A stretch of DNA of 64,000 nt, taken from positions 28,386 to 92,385 of the forward strand of contig CAUJDN010000054.1 in assembly GCA_963169195.1 (NCBI GenBank), written 5' to 3'. This stretch comes from Acidobacteriota bacterium. GTDB lineage: Bacteria; Acidobacteriota; Vicinamibacteria; Vicinamibacterales; UBA2999. The translations under genes were made by a program, and so were the position numbers. Below are positions 8,837-17,504 of this stretch, in pieces. Each line of letters opens with the position of its first letter. The stretch's first letter is position 1. A model generated the notes under the pieces. The model had not been told where the DNA came from. It saw only the letters and a program-made list of their open reading frames with translations, and did no database searches.

Positions 8837-11800
8837 ATGTCCCCGCCCGCCTCTGCCTCCGATCCGCTCGGCCTTCCCGGGTTCACCTTTGCGGACCTGC
8901 ACGACCCCGGTCGGCTGGCGGACCTGTCCCGTGTGTTCGCCTCGGAGGTGGCGGCGACGGAACCTGACCTGTGGCGGGAATGGGAGCAATACCGGGCCGT
9001 ACCCGAATCGCTGGGGCCGGTGGCGCGGGGCCGCCTGATGGTGCAGATGGCGTCCCATGTCAGCCGTTTCGTGTCGCGGCTGTTCGGTGTCGGGCCCGAC
9101 GCGGCGGAGCTGATGGCGGCCACGCGCGCGTACGACGATCTGTTCCGCTTCAAGAACGACTTCGTCAGGCGCCGTTCGGTGCCGCTGCTGAAGGGCGGCG
9201 CGCACGTGACGGCCACCGAGGATGACCACGCCTGGGCGGACCGGGTCCTCGCCGCCGCCGGCACGGATACGGCGATCCACGCATCGCAGGCGGCTGAGCT
9301 GGCCATCGCCCGCACCGGCTGCGCGCTGCTGGATCGGGAGGAGGCCGCGCGCGCCGCGGGCGACGAGGCGGCGAAGGCGGACGTGGCCGCCGACATCGAC
9401 ACGCTGAAGCGGTGGGCGGCGGCGCACCTGCACGATCCCCGGTACCGCGACTGGGTCGTGTTCAGGTTCCCCGAGGCCATGGACGTGGAGCACCTGGTGC
9501 GGATCCAGCGGCCGGACGCCTCCCACCCCGAGATCGTCACGGGGCCGGACGCCAGGCTGCGGCGTCGCGAAGGGTTCGTCCTCACCGACCCGCGCTACAC
9601 GCCCCGCGAGGCCCTGAGCGAGATTCACTACTGCGTGCTCTGCCACGAGCGGGACAAGGACAGCTGCTCGAAGGGCATCCGGGACCAGGAAGGCGCCGTC
9701 ACGCGCAATGCCCTGGGCATCGCGCTGGCCGGGTGCCCGCTCGACGAGAAGATCTCGGAGATGCACACGGTGCGGAAGCGCGGTGACGCCATCGGCGCGC
9801 TGGCCATCGTCACCGTCGACAACCCGATGGTCCCCGGCACGGGCCACCGCATCTGCAACGACTGCATGAAGGCCTGCATCTACCAGAAGCAGGAGCCGGT
9901 GAACATTCCGCAGGCCGAGACGGGTGTCCTGACCGACGTGCTGGCGCTGCCGTTCGGCGTGGAGATCTACGGCCTGCTCACGCGGTGGAACCCGCTCAAC
10001 ATCCGCCGCCCGCACGCGCGTCCCTACAACGGGAAGAACGTGCTGGTGGTGGGCCTGGGCCCCGCCGGCTACACGCTGTCGCACTACCTGCTCAACGAGG
10101 GCTTCGGCGTCGTGGCCATCGACGGCCTCAAGATCGAGCCGCCGGCCGACGACATCGTTGGCGCGCACGGGCGCCCGCCGCGGCCCATCCGACGGTGGAG
10201 CGAGGTCTACCGCCCGCTGGACGAGCGGGTGCTCGAAGGGTTCGGCGGCGTGTCGGAGTACGGCATCACCGTGCGGTGGGACAAGAACTTCCTGACGCTC
10301 ATCCACCTGACGCTCGCTCGGCGGCGCACGTTCAGGGCGTACGGCGGCGTGCGCTTCGGCGGGTCGCTCCCCATCGAGGACGCGTGGCAGCACGGCATCG
10401 ACCACGTGGCCATCGCCGCGGGCGCGGGGCGGCCGACGATCATCGACATCCGGAACAACCTGATCCGCGGCATCCGCAAGGCCAGCGACTTCCTGATGGC
10501 GCTGCAGCTGACCGGCGCCTTCAAGAAGAACGCGCTGTCGAACCTGCAGGCCAGGCTGCCCGCGGTCGTCATCGGCGGAGGCCTTACCGGCGTGGACACG
10601 GCCACGGAGCTGATGGCCTACTACCCGATCCAGGTCGAGAAGACGCTGGCGCGGTACGAGGCGCTCGCGAAGGCCCTGGGCGAGCCCCTCGTGCGCGGCA
10701 TGTACGACGCCGAGGAGCTGGGCATCCTCGACGAGTTCCTGGCGCACGGACGCGCGGTCCGCGCGGAGCGGGCGCGTGCGAAGGCAGCCGGCGAGGCGCC
10801 GGATTTCATCACGCTCATCCGTGGGTGGGGTGGCGTGACGCTCGCGTACCGGAAGCGGCTGCAGGATGCCCCGGCCTACCGCCTCAACCACGAAGAGGTC
10901 GCCAAGGCCTTCGAGGAGGGCATCGCGTTCGCCGAGACCATGAGCCCCGTCGAGGCCGTGCCGGACGAGTTCGGCCATGTCCGCGCGGTGGTGTTCACCC
11001 GCTCCGGCCCGGACGGCGACGAGCGCGTCGAGCTGCCCGCGCGCACGGTGCTCGTGGCCGCGGGCACCTCGCCCAACGTGACCTACGAGAAGGAGCACCC
11101 CGGCACGTTCACGCTGGACGCGAAGCGGCGGTTCTTCCGGGGATTCCGTGCGGTGAAGCGGCCCGACGGGACATTCGCTCTCGAGCCCGACCCCGGCGGC
11201 TTCTTCACCTCGCACGAGGCCGGCGGCCGCTTCGTCACCTACTACGGCGACAACCATCCGCGCTACAACGGCAACGTCGTGAAGGCCATGGCCTCGGCCA
11301 AGGACGGCTACCCGCACGTCGTGGCGCTCTTCGCGGACGAGATCGCGACGCTGGATCCCTCCGGGCAGCCGGCGCGCGACGCGGCCTGGCGCGGCCTGGT
11401 CGCGCGCTTCGACGAGCTCCTGCAGGCGCGCGTGGAGCGCGTCGTCCGGCTGACGCCGACCATCGTCGAGGTAATCGTGAAGGCGCCGGCCGCGGCCCGG
11501 CGCTTCCACCCCGGCCAGTTCTACCGCCTGCAGAACTTCGAGCGGCGGAGCCCGCACGTGCACGTGAAGGATCACGTCGCGGCGCTGCTGATGGAGGGCA
11601 TCGCCCTCACCGGCGCGTGGGTGGACCGCGAGCAGGGCCTGCTCTCGCTCATCACGCTCGAGATGGGCGTGTCGAGCCGGCTCTGCGCCTACCTGCAGCC
11701 GGGCGAGCCGGTCGTGGTCATGGGGCCCACGGGCACGCCCACCGAGATCCCCGAGCGCTCCGCCGTGCTGCTGGCGGGTGGCGGCCTCGGCAACGCCGTG

Positions 11801-12412
11801 CTCTTCTCGATCGCCAGGGCGCTCAAGGCGCAGGGCACCCGCGTCCTCTACTTCGCCGGCTACAAGGACGGCGCGGACCTGTTCAAGCGCGAGGAGATCG
11901 AGGCGGCCACCGACCAGGTGATCTGGGCGACCGACACGGGCCAGGCCATCGCGCCCGCGCGCCCGCAGGACGCGCACTTCCGCGGCAACATCGTGCAGGC
12001 GATGGTGGCCTACGCGGAAGGGACGCTGGGTTCCCGGCAGGTACCGCTGCCGGGCGTGACGCGCATCATCGCCATCGGCTCGGACCGCATGATGAACGCC
12101 GTCCGGCTCGCGCGGCACGGCGTGCTGCAGCCGTACCTGGACCCGAACCACGTGGGCATCGGCAGCATCAACTCGCCCATGCAGTGCATGATGAAGGAGG
12201 TCTGCGCGCAGTGCCTGCAGCGGCACGTGGACCCCGCCACCGGACGCGAGGAGTTCATCTTCTCCTGCTACAACCAGGACCAGGAGCTGGACCGCGTGGA
12301 CTTCCAGAACCTCCACGCCCGCCTGCGCCAGAACAGCGTCCAGGAGAAGCTGTCCAACCTGTGGTTCCAGCACCTCCTCGGCCAGTCCGAGGCAGGGTTC
12401 GCCCACGTGTAG
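8837..12412 (+). CDS. large multidomain flavoprotein oxidoreductase (unknown N-domain + Cys-rich Fe-S-like segment + GltD-like FAD/NAD(P) domain + PyrK/FNR-like C-terminal domain)
   Basis: 1191 aa. Cys clusters HYCVLCHERDKDSCSKG and GHRICNDCMKACIY. Dinucleotide folds VLVVGLGPAGYTLSHYL and AVVIGGGLTGVDTATEL. C-terminal FNR-like segment (FHPGQFYRL, LLAGGGLGNA) with a CMMKEVCAQC cluster. Confidence 0.85.
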   Translation: MSPPASASDPLGLPGFTFADLHDPGRLADLSRVFASEVAATEPDLWREWEQYRAVPESLGPVARGRLMVQMASHVSRFVSRLFGVGPDAAELMAATRAYDDLFRFKNDFVRRRSVPLLKGGAHVTATEDDHAWADRVLAAAGTDTAIHASQAAELAIARTGCALLDREEAARAAGDEAAKADVAADIDTLKRWAAAHLHDPRYRDWVVFRFPEAMDVEHLVRIQRPDASHPEIVTGPDARLRRREGFVLTDPRYTPREALSEIHYCVLCHERDKDSCSKGIRDQEGAVTRNALGIALAGCPLDEKISEMHTVRKRGDAIGALAIVTVDNPMVPGTGHRICNDCMKACIYQKQEPVNIPQAETGVLTDVLALPFGVEIYGLLTRWNPLNIRRPHARPYNGKNVLVVGLGPAGYTLSHYLLNEGFGVVAIDGLKIEPPADDIVGAHGRPPRPIRRWSEVYRPLDERVLEGFGGVSEYGITVRWDKNFLTLIHLTLARRRTFRAYGGVRFGGSLPIEDAWQHGIDHVAIAAGAGRPTIIDIRNNLIRGIRKASDFLMALQLTGAFKKNALSNLQARLPAVVIGGGLTGVDTATELMAYYPIQVEKTLARYEALAKALGEPLVRGMYDAEELGILDEFLAHGRAVRAERARAKAAGEAPDFITLIRGWGGVTLAYRKRLQDAPAYRLNHEEVAKAFEEGIAFAETMSPVEAVPDEFGHVRAVVFTRSGPDGDERVELPARTVLVAAGTSPNVTYEKEHPGTFTLDAKRRFFRGFRAVKRPDGTFALEPDPGGFFTSHEAGGRFVTYYGDNHPRYNGNVVKAMASAKDGYPHVVALFADEIATLDPSGQPARDAAWRGLVARFDELLQARVERVVRLTPTIVEVIVKAPAAARRFHPGQFYRLQNFERRSPHVHVKDHVAALLMEGIALTGAWVDREQGLLSLITLEMGVSSRLCAYLQPGEPVVVMGPTGTPTEIPERSAVLLAGGGLGNAVLFSIARALKAQGTRVLYFAGYKDGADLFKREEIEAATDQVIWATDTGQAIAPARPQDAHFRGNIVQAMVAYAEGTLGSRQVPLPGVTRIIAIGSDRMMNAVRLARHGVLQPYLDPNHVGIGSINSPMQCMMKEVCAQCLQRHVDPATGREEFIFSCYNQDQELDRVDFQNLHARLRQNSVQEKLSNLWFQHLLGQSEAGFAHV

Positions 12413-12439
12413 CGGGGCTATCCCCTGATGATTGCCGAT

Positions 12440-12632
12440 TGATGATTGAGCGATTCAATGGGCGATCGCGCGATTGGTCATTTGACATTGGATTGGGCGA
12501 TTGGGTGACCGGCGATTGAGGCATTCGGGATGGCGCCGATGGGAATGCCCAATGTCCCAATCGCTCAATCCCACAATCGGAATGCCTGAAATGCCCAATC
12601 GCCCAATGGCCCGATGAATCGCTCAATCATCA
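12440..12632. repeat. AT-richer imperfect palindrome built from GATTG (left half) and CAATC (right half) pentamers
   Basis: Perfect 18-bp arms TGATGATTGAGCGATTCA (12440-12457) and TGAATCGCTCAATCATCA (12615-12632). Nested pairs GGGCGATTGGG (12495-12505)/CCCAATCGCCC (12594-12604) and GGCATTC (12520-12526)/GAATGCC (12543-12549). The right arm ends at the ATG at 12633. Confidence 0.85.
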
Positions 12633-14390
12633 ATGAGCAATCGTCAATGGACACCTGCCACCGGCGGCGCGCGGCATAATGAAGGCCGGCTCATGTTACC
12701 CGCCGGTACCCGGATAGAGGACCGCTACGAGATACTCGGCCCGCTCGGTTCGGGCGGCATGGGTCACGTCTACCGCGCGCGACGGCTCCGCCTGGGCGAT
12801 GACGTGGCCATCAAGGTGATGCAGGCCTCCGAACAGGCACCGCCCGAGCTGCACGAGCGCTTCCTCCGCGAGAGCCGGGCCTGTGCCCAGCTGCGGCATC
12901 CCGGCATCGTCGGCATCCTGGACTTCGGCGTGGACGCCCGCCGGCAACCCTACATGGTGATGGAGCTGCTGAGCGGCCCGAGCCTGGCGGAGGAGATTGC
13001 GCTCGAGGCGCCGATGCCGTCCGCCCGTGTCGCGTGCATCGTCACGCCGGTCGCCTCTGCGCTGCAGCTCGCCCACGACCAGGGCATCACGCACCGCGAT
13101 CTGAAGCCAGCCAACATCGTGCTGCACCGCTACGAGACGGGTGAGCGCGTCTACAAGGTCATCGACTTCGGCCTGGCCGTGATGAAGGCCGCCAGCGACG
13201 CCACGCGGCTGACCGATCCGAACCTGTTCATCGGCACGATGGCCTACGCCGCACCGGAGCAGATCCGCGGGGAGCCGATCACGGCCGCCGCCGACATCTA
13301 CGCCCTGGGCGTCATCGTGTACGAGATGCTCACCGGCGTCCGGCCCTTCGACGCCGAGGATCGCATCACGCTCCTCAACCAGGTGCTGACGGTGCGGCCC
13401 GTGAGGCCCACCGAGCGGGACGCGACCCTGCCGCCCGCGGTGGACGACGTGCTGATGCGCGCGCTGGCGAAGGCGCCCGGCGAACGGTGGCCGCGCGTCA
13501 CCGACTTCGCCGAGGCCCTCGACGCGGCCGTGGGCGCCGGGGAGGCGCCGGCCTCCGCGCCGGACACCGGACTGCTGGCCCGCTACGAGCTCGGCGAACC
13601 CCTGGGCCGCGGGCGTCTCGGCAGCCTTGTCTACCGGGGTGTCCACCGCGCCCTTGGCGTGCCGGTCGCCATCCGCCTCCTCAAACGCGACGAGCAGCCG
13701 CACTGGGAAGCGGTCCGCGCGCGGTTCCTGCTCGAGGCGCGCACGCTGCAGGTCTCGCATCCCAGCCTGCTCCAGGTCCGCGATTTCGGCGGGGACGAGC
13801 GCAACGTCTTTCTCGTCACCGATCTCGTGGCCGGCCCCAGCCTCCGGCAGGCCCTGGCCGCGAAGGCGCCGTTCCCGTGGGCCCGGACGCGCGGCCTGGT
13901 GGTGCAGGCGCTCGACGCGGTCGCCGCGCTCCATCGCCGCGGCGGTTTCATCGCCGGCGTGAACCCCGACATGATCCGCCTGACCTCCGAGGACGGAGTC
14001 GAGCGCATCGTCATGTCCTCGGCCGGCATCCACTCCGTGCAGGACGTGCTCGAGACGATGCGCGAGCAGGAGCTGCGGGGGCACGAGGCCAGCGAGCAGG
14101 AGCTGCCGTACGTGGCACCGGAGATCATGATGGGCCGCGCGCCCGACGCGCGGGCCGACGTGTTCACGATGGGCGTGCTGGCCTACGAGATGGCGACGGG
14201 CACGCTGCCGTATCGGGCTCCGTCGATGCCCGAGCTGCTCGGGCGGATGCTGCAGGCGACGCCGGCCGCCCCCTCGTCGGTCAACGCGGACGTCCCCGAT
14301 GCGTGCAGCCAGGCCATCCTCCGGGCCGTGAACGGCACGGCCGAGGCACGGTTCGAGAGCGTGCGCGAATTGGCGGCCGCGCTGCAGTAG
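12633..14390 (+). CDS. Ser/Thr protein kinase with C-terminal pseudokinase domain (tandem kinase-pseudokinase)
   Basis: Domain 1 has GSGGMGHVY, VAIKVM, HRDLKPANI, DFGLA and YAAPE. Domain 2 has VAIRLL, HRRGGFIAGVNPDMI and SSAG in place of DFG, so the catalytic residues are lost. Alternative start ATG 12693. Confidence 0.9.
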   Translation: MSNRQWTPATGGARHNEGRLMLPAGTRIEDRYEILGPLGSGGMGHVYRARRLRLGDDVAIKVMQASEQAPPELHERFLRESRACAQLRHPGIVGILDFGVDARRQPYMVMELLSGPSLAEEIALEAPMPSARVACIVTPVASALQLAHDQGITHRDLKPANIVLHRYETGERVYKVIDFGLAVMKAASDATRLTDPNLFIGTMAYAAPEQIRGEPITAAADIYALGVIVYEMLTGVRPFDAEDRITLLNQVLTVRPVRPTERDATLPPAVDDVLMRALAKAPGERWPRVTDFAEALDAAVGAGEAPASAPDTGLLARYELGEPLGRGRLGSLVYRGVHRALGVPVAIRLLKRDEQPHWEAVRARFLLEARTLQVSHPSLLQVRDFGGDERNVFLVTDLVAGPSLRQALAAKAPFPWARTRGLVVQALDAVAALHRRGGFIAGVNPDMIRLTSEDGVERIVMSSAGIHSVQDVLETMREQELRGHEASEQELPYVAPEIMMGRAPDARADVFTMGVLAYEMATGTLPYRAPSMPELLGRMLQATPAAPSSVNADVPDACSQAILRAVNGTAEARFESVRELAAALQ

Positions 14391-14400
14391 GTGCGGCCGC

Positions 14401-14441
14401 GCTCATCGATGGCGGCCGATCATCGGTCATCATCGATGAGC
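14401..14441 (+). terminator. perfect 11-bp inverted repeat hairpin just after the kinase stop (possible terminator/attenuator)
   Basis: GCTCATCGATG (14401-14411) pairs with CATCGATGAGC (14431-14441), and the loop holds an inner CCGAT-C-ATCGG palindrome. No U-tract follows, so function is uncertain. Confidence 0.3.
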
Positions 14442-14474
14442 GAGCCCGCCGCTGTCGACGCCACGGGCGTTGAC

Positions 14475-15737
14475 ATGGCGGGCGAACTGCACCATGGTGG
14501 GCCCGTAGGCATGACCGATCTTCCGTTCGATGCGCCGCGCGGCGAGCCGCTTCGTGGTGAAACCGTCGTCTTCACCGGCCGCCTGTGGTCCCTGGGCCGC
14601 CGCGAGGCGGCGCAGCTCGTCGAGCGCCTCGGCGGCGCGTGGGACGAGGACGTGACCCTCAGGACCACGATGCTCGTGGTGGGCGCGGAGAGCCACCCCG
14701 AGGGAGCGCCCGACCTGGCGTCGCCGGAGCACGACGCGACGGCCCGGAACCAGAAGCTGCGCCGCGCGGCACAGATCAACGCCGAGCAACCCGGGCGCGT
14801 GCGCGTGATCGGCGAGCGCGAGTTCTGCCGGCACGTGGGCCTGCCCGACGTGCAGGACCTGCGCGCGCAGCACTACGCGCAGCGGGACATCCTGACGATG
14901 TACCCGCTGCTGCGCGAGGACCACCTCCGCTACCTCGAGAAGTGGGGCTTCATCAAGCCGGCGTTCAGGAACAACGCCGACACCTGGTACGGCTTCACGG
15001 ATCTCACCACGCTGCGCCAGCTCCACACGGCGCTCCAGCAGGGGGGCACCTTCCGCTCGGTGCTGCGCGACATGCAGGCGGCACGATCGGGCCAGCTCGC
15101 GTTCGACTTCCGCATCGAGGCCCACCAGGCCCGTATCGTCGAGCTCGGCCCGCGCCGGCGCATGGCCCAGAGCCAGGACACCGCGTCGCAGATGTCGCAG
15201 CGCACCCAGATGGAGGCGTGGCTGGACGACCAGGCGCCGTCCTCCGTGCCGCCCGCCGGCGTCCCGGCCCACCGGCCGCTCAGCTCGGCCGAGCAGTCCT
15301 TCCTGATGGGATCGCTGCTCGACGACGGGACGCCGCAGCACGTCGAGGAGGCCGCGTTGGCCTATCGACGCGCGCTGGACCAGGATCCGGACCTCGTGGC
15401 GGCCATCATCAACCTGGCCAACATCCGCTACGCGAAGGACGAGCTCGCCGAGGCGCAGGCCCTCTACGAGCGCGCCATCGGCCTGGATCCGACGTACTTC
15501 GAGGCGTACTTCAACCTGGGGAACATCCATCACGACCACGGCCGCCACCTGGATGCCGAGGCGTGCTACCGCGAGGCGCTCGGGTTGAACCCCAACTACC
15601 CCGACGCGCACTTCTACCTGGCGGTCACGCTCGAGAAGATGACCCGCTCGGCCGACGCGCGCCCGCACTGGCGCGCCTACCAGCGCCTCGCCCCCGAGGG
15701 CGAGTGGATCGAGCTGGCCCGCGAGTTCTCCGACTAG
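14475..15737 (+). CDS. BRCT domain / MerR-like HTH-like segment / TPR-repeat protein
   Basis: BRCT pattern GETVVFTGRLWSLGRREAAQLVERLGGAWDEDVTLRTTMLVVG. The middle segment HLRYLEKWGFIKP..YGFTDLTTLRQL resembles MerR-type HTH. The C-terminus carries at least 3 TPR repeats (AIGLDPTYFEAYFNLGNI..). Start uncertain (ATG 14475 or 14511; the ORF opens at 14391 inside the hairpin). Confidence 0.75.
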   Translation: MAGELHHGGPVGMTDLPFDAPRGEPLRGETVVFTGRLWSLGRREAAQLVERLGGAWDEDVTLRTTMLVVGAESHPEGAPDLASPEHDATARNQKLRRAAQINAEQPGRVRVIGEREFCRHVGLPDVQDLRAQHYAQRDILTMYPLLREDHLRYLEKWGFIKPAFRNNADTWYGFTDLTTLRQLHTALQQGGTFRSVLRDMQAARSGQLAFDFRIEAHQARIVELGPRRRMAQSQDTASQMSQRTQMEAWLDDQAPSSVPPAGVPAHRPLSSAEQSFLMGSLLDDGTPQHVEEAALAYRRALDQDPDLVAAIINLANIRYAKDELAEAQALYERAIGLDPTYFEAYFNLGNIHHDHGRHLDAEACYREALGLNPNYPDAHFYLAVTLEKMTRSADARPHWRAYQRLAPEGEWIELAREFSD

Positions 15738-15767
15738 CGGCGACGTCCGGCGGGTGCGATTTCCCGG

Positions 15768-15992
15768 TCACCAGCGATAGTCGTCCGCCGGCGCGTCCTC
15801 GCGCTTCCGAGTCACCCGCTTGGCCTTGAAGTAGGGGCAGTCCCCGCACCACGCGTCGGCGTTGAAGCCCGTCGCGCCGGCCATCGGCAGCACGTCGCGG
15901 TGGCCGCAGTGCTCCGGGACGCCATCCTCCGCGGGCTTGCGCCACCGGCACAGCTGGAAGCGTTCGGCCGCGGTCGGATCAGGCGACGACAT
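15768..15992 (-). CDS. small Cys-rich hypothetical protein (74 aa)
   Basis: ATG start overlapping the helicase 3' end by 14 nt, with strongly G/C third positions. Cys/His pattern C16..HC29xH and C49xxC52 (possible zinc ribbon). No family recognised. Confidence 0.5.
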   Translation of the reverse strand: MSSPDPTAAERFQLCRWRKPAEDGVPEHCGHRDVLPMAGATGFNADAWCGDCPYFKAKRVTRKREDAPADDYRW

Positions 15993-17250
15993 GGATTCCC
16001 GCCGCAGTCTCGACGGCGCGCCAGGCGCGCTCTTCCGCCCTGGACACGAGCGTGATGGCGTGGCCCGCGGCGCCGGAGCGGCCCGTGCGTCCCACGCGGT
16101 GCACGTAGGTGTCGGGCGTATCCGGGACCTCGTAGTTGACGACGTGCGCGATGCCCTCGATGTCGAGCCCGCGCGCGGCGATGTCGGTGGCCACCAGCAC
16201 CGGGTGCCTGCCCGACCGGAAGCCCTCCACCGCCTGGAGCCGTTCCTGCTGCGAGCGGTCCGCGTGCAGCGCCGCGGCGCGGATGCCCCGCGCCTGCAGG
16301 TGCCGCGCCACGCGATCGGCGCCCACCTTCATGCGGACGAACACCAGCACCGGGCCGGTGGCATCGTGCCGGATGAACTTCGCGAGCCAGTCGATCTTGT
16401 CGCCGTTCTCGACGGTGTGCATCTCGTGGGTGATGGTGCGCGCGGCCCCGCGCTGGCCGACCTGGACGAACCGCGGCGATCGCAGCATCTCGGTGGCCAT
16501 CCGCAGGATCTCGCCGGGCAGCGTGGCCGAGAAGAGCAGCGTCTGCCGCTCGGGGGGCAGCGCGGCCAGGATGCGCTGGACGTCAGGCCAGAAGCCCATG
16601 TCCATCATCCGGTCCGCTTCGTCCAGCACCAGCACCTGCACGCGGAGCAGGTCCACGGCGTCGTGTCGCATGTGATCCATCAGCCGCCCGGGTGTCGCGA
16701 CGATGATGTCCACGCCGGCCTTGAGCGCGCGCTCCTGCGGCCCCATCTCGACCCCGCCGAACACCGGGGCCGTCGTGCACGGGGCGTGGTACGTGAGGCC
16801 CACCAGCGTGTCCTCGATCTGCACGGCGAGTTCGCGCGTGGGCGCGAGGATCAGCGCGCGCGTGTAGGCCTCGCGCGCCGGATCGCCGTAATGCGGCTGC
16901 TCCAGCAGCAGCCGCTGGAGAATCGGCGCCGCGAACGCCAGCGTCTTGCCGGTGCCCGTCTCCGCGCAGGCCACGACGTCATGGCCCGCGAGGGCGAGCG
17001 GAATGACGGCGCCCTGCACGGGGCGCGTGCCCTCGAAGCCGAGGTCCGCCAGGCCCGCGGCCAGGCGCTTGTCGAAGTGCAGCGAGGCGAAGGGGACCGG
17101 CTCGGCGTTGGCGTCCACGTTCTGCCAGGGCAGCTCGGGCGGCGGCGCCGATGGCGCGGGCGGAACCGCGGGACGACCGCCGCGCCGCGGACCGCGGCCT
17201 GGCGCGCCCCGGCGGCGGGGGCGTCGAGTAGGGGCAGGACGTGAGTTCAA
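15979..17250 (-). CDS. DEAD-box ATP-dependent RNA helicase
   Basis: Motifs AETGTGKT, VLDEADRM, SAT and HRVGRTGR. The ORF opens at 17337 but that start would overlap infA by 70 nt, so TTG 17250 is a plausible start. The N-terminus is uncertain. Confidence 0.9.
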   Translation of the reverse strand: MNSRPAPTRRPRRRGAPGRGPRRGGRPAVPPAPSAPPPELPWQNVDANAEPVPFASLHFDKRLAAGLADLGFEGTRPVQGAVIPLALAGHDVVACAETGTGKTLAFAAPILQRLLLEQPHYGDPAREAYTRALILAPTRELAVQIEDTLVGLTYHAPCTTAPVFGGVEMGPQERALKAGVDIIVATPGRLMDHMRHDAVDLLRVQVLVLDEADRMMDMGFWPDVQRILAALPPERQTLLFSATLPGEILRMATEMLRSPRFVQVGQRGAARTITHEMHTVENGDKIDWLAKFIRHDATGPVLVFVRMKVGADRVARHLQARGIRAAALHADRSQQERLQAVEGFRSGRHPVLVATDIAARGLDIEGIAHVVNYEVPDTPDTYVHRVGRTGRSGAAGHAITLVSRAEERAWRAVETAAGIHVVA

Positions 17251-17266
17251 GTGCGTATGTCGGAGG

Positions 17267-17485
17267 CTAGCGGGCGCGGAAGGTGATGATGCCCCGCTGC
17301 GGGTCGTACGGGGAGATGCCCACGGTGACACGATCACCGGGCACCACCTTGATGCGGAACCGCCGCATCCGACCGCTCAACTGGGCCAGCACCTCGTGGC
17401 CGGCGTCCACCTGCACGCGGTAGAGTCCACCGCTGTGCACGGCGACCACCGTGCCCTGCATGTCAATCAAGTCGTCTTTGCTCAT
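17267..17485 (-). CDS. infA: translation initiation factor IF-1
   Basis: 72 aa from the internal ATG: MSKDDLIDMQGTVVAVHSGGLYRVQVDAGHEVLAQLSGRMRRFRIKVVPGDRVTVGISPYDPQRGIITFRAR. Confidence 0.95.
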   Translation of the reverse strand: MSKDDLIDMQGTVVAVHSGGLYRVQVDAGHEVLAQLSGRMRRFRIKVVPGDRVTVGISPYDPQRGIITFRAR

Positions 17486-17504
17486 TCGTAACCGACTGAT
17501 TGTG

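Noticed and set aside
8783-12406. 1207-aa minus-strand ORF antisense to the flavoprotein gene. Similar giant ORFs occur at 2413-6000, at 35812-37755 (part of the 810-aa ORF), at 37569-40022, and elsewhere.
   Set aside because: They are Arg/Gly/His-rich low-complexity translations with no motifs, and they lie opposite genes with clear family signatures. Long antisense ORFs of this kind are the expected stop-codon-poor artefact of very GC-rich DNA.
17251-17337. The ATG at 17337 as the start of the DEAD-box helicase.
   Set aside because: It would overlap infA by 70 nt and add an Arg/Pro/Ser-rich tail. A start downstream of the infA stop (for example TTG 17250) is more plausible, though it is unproven.
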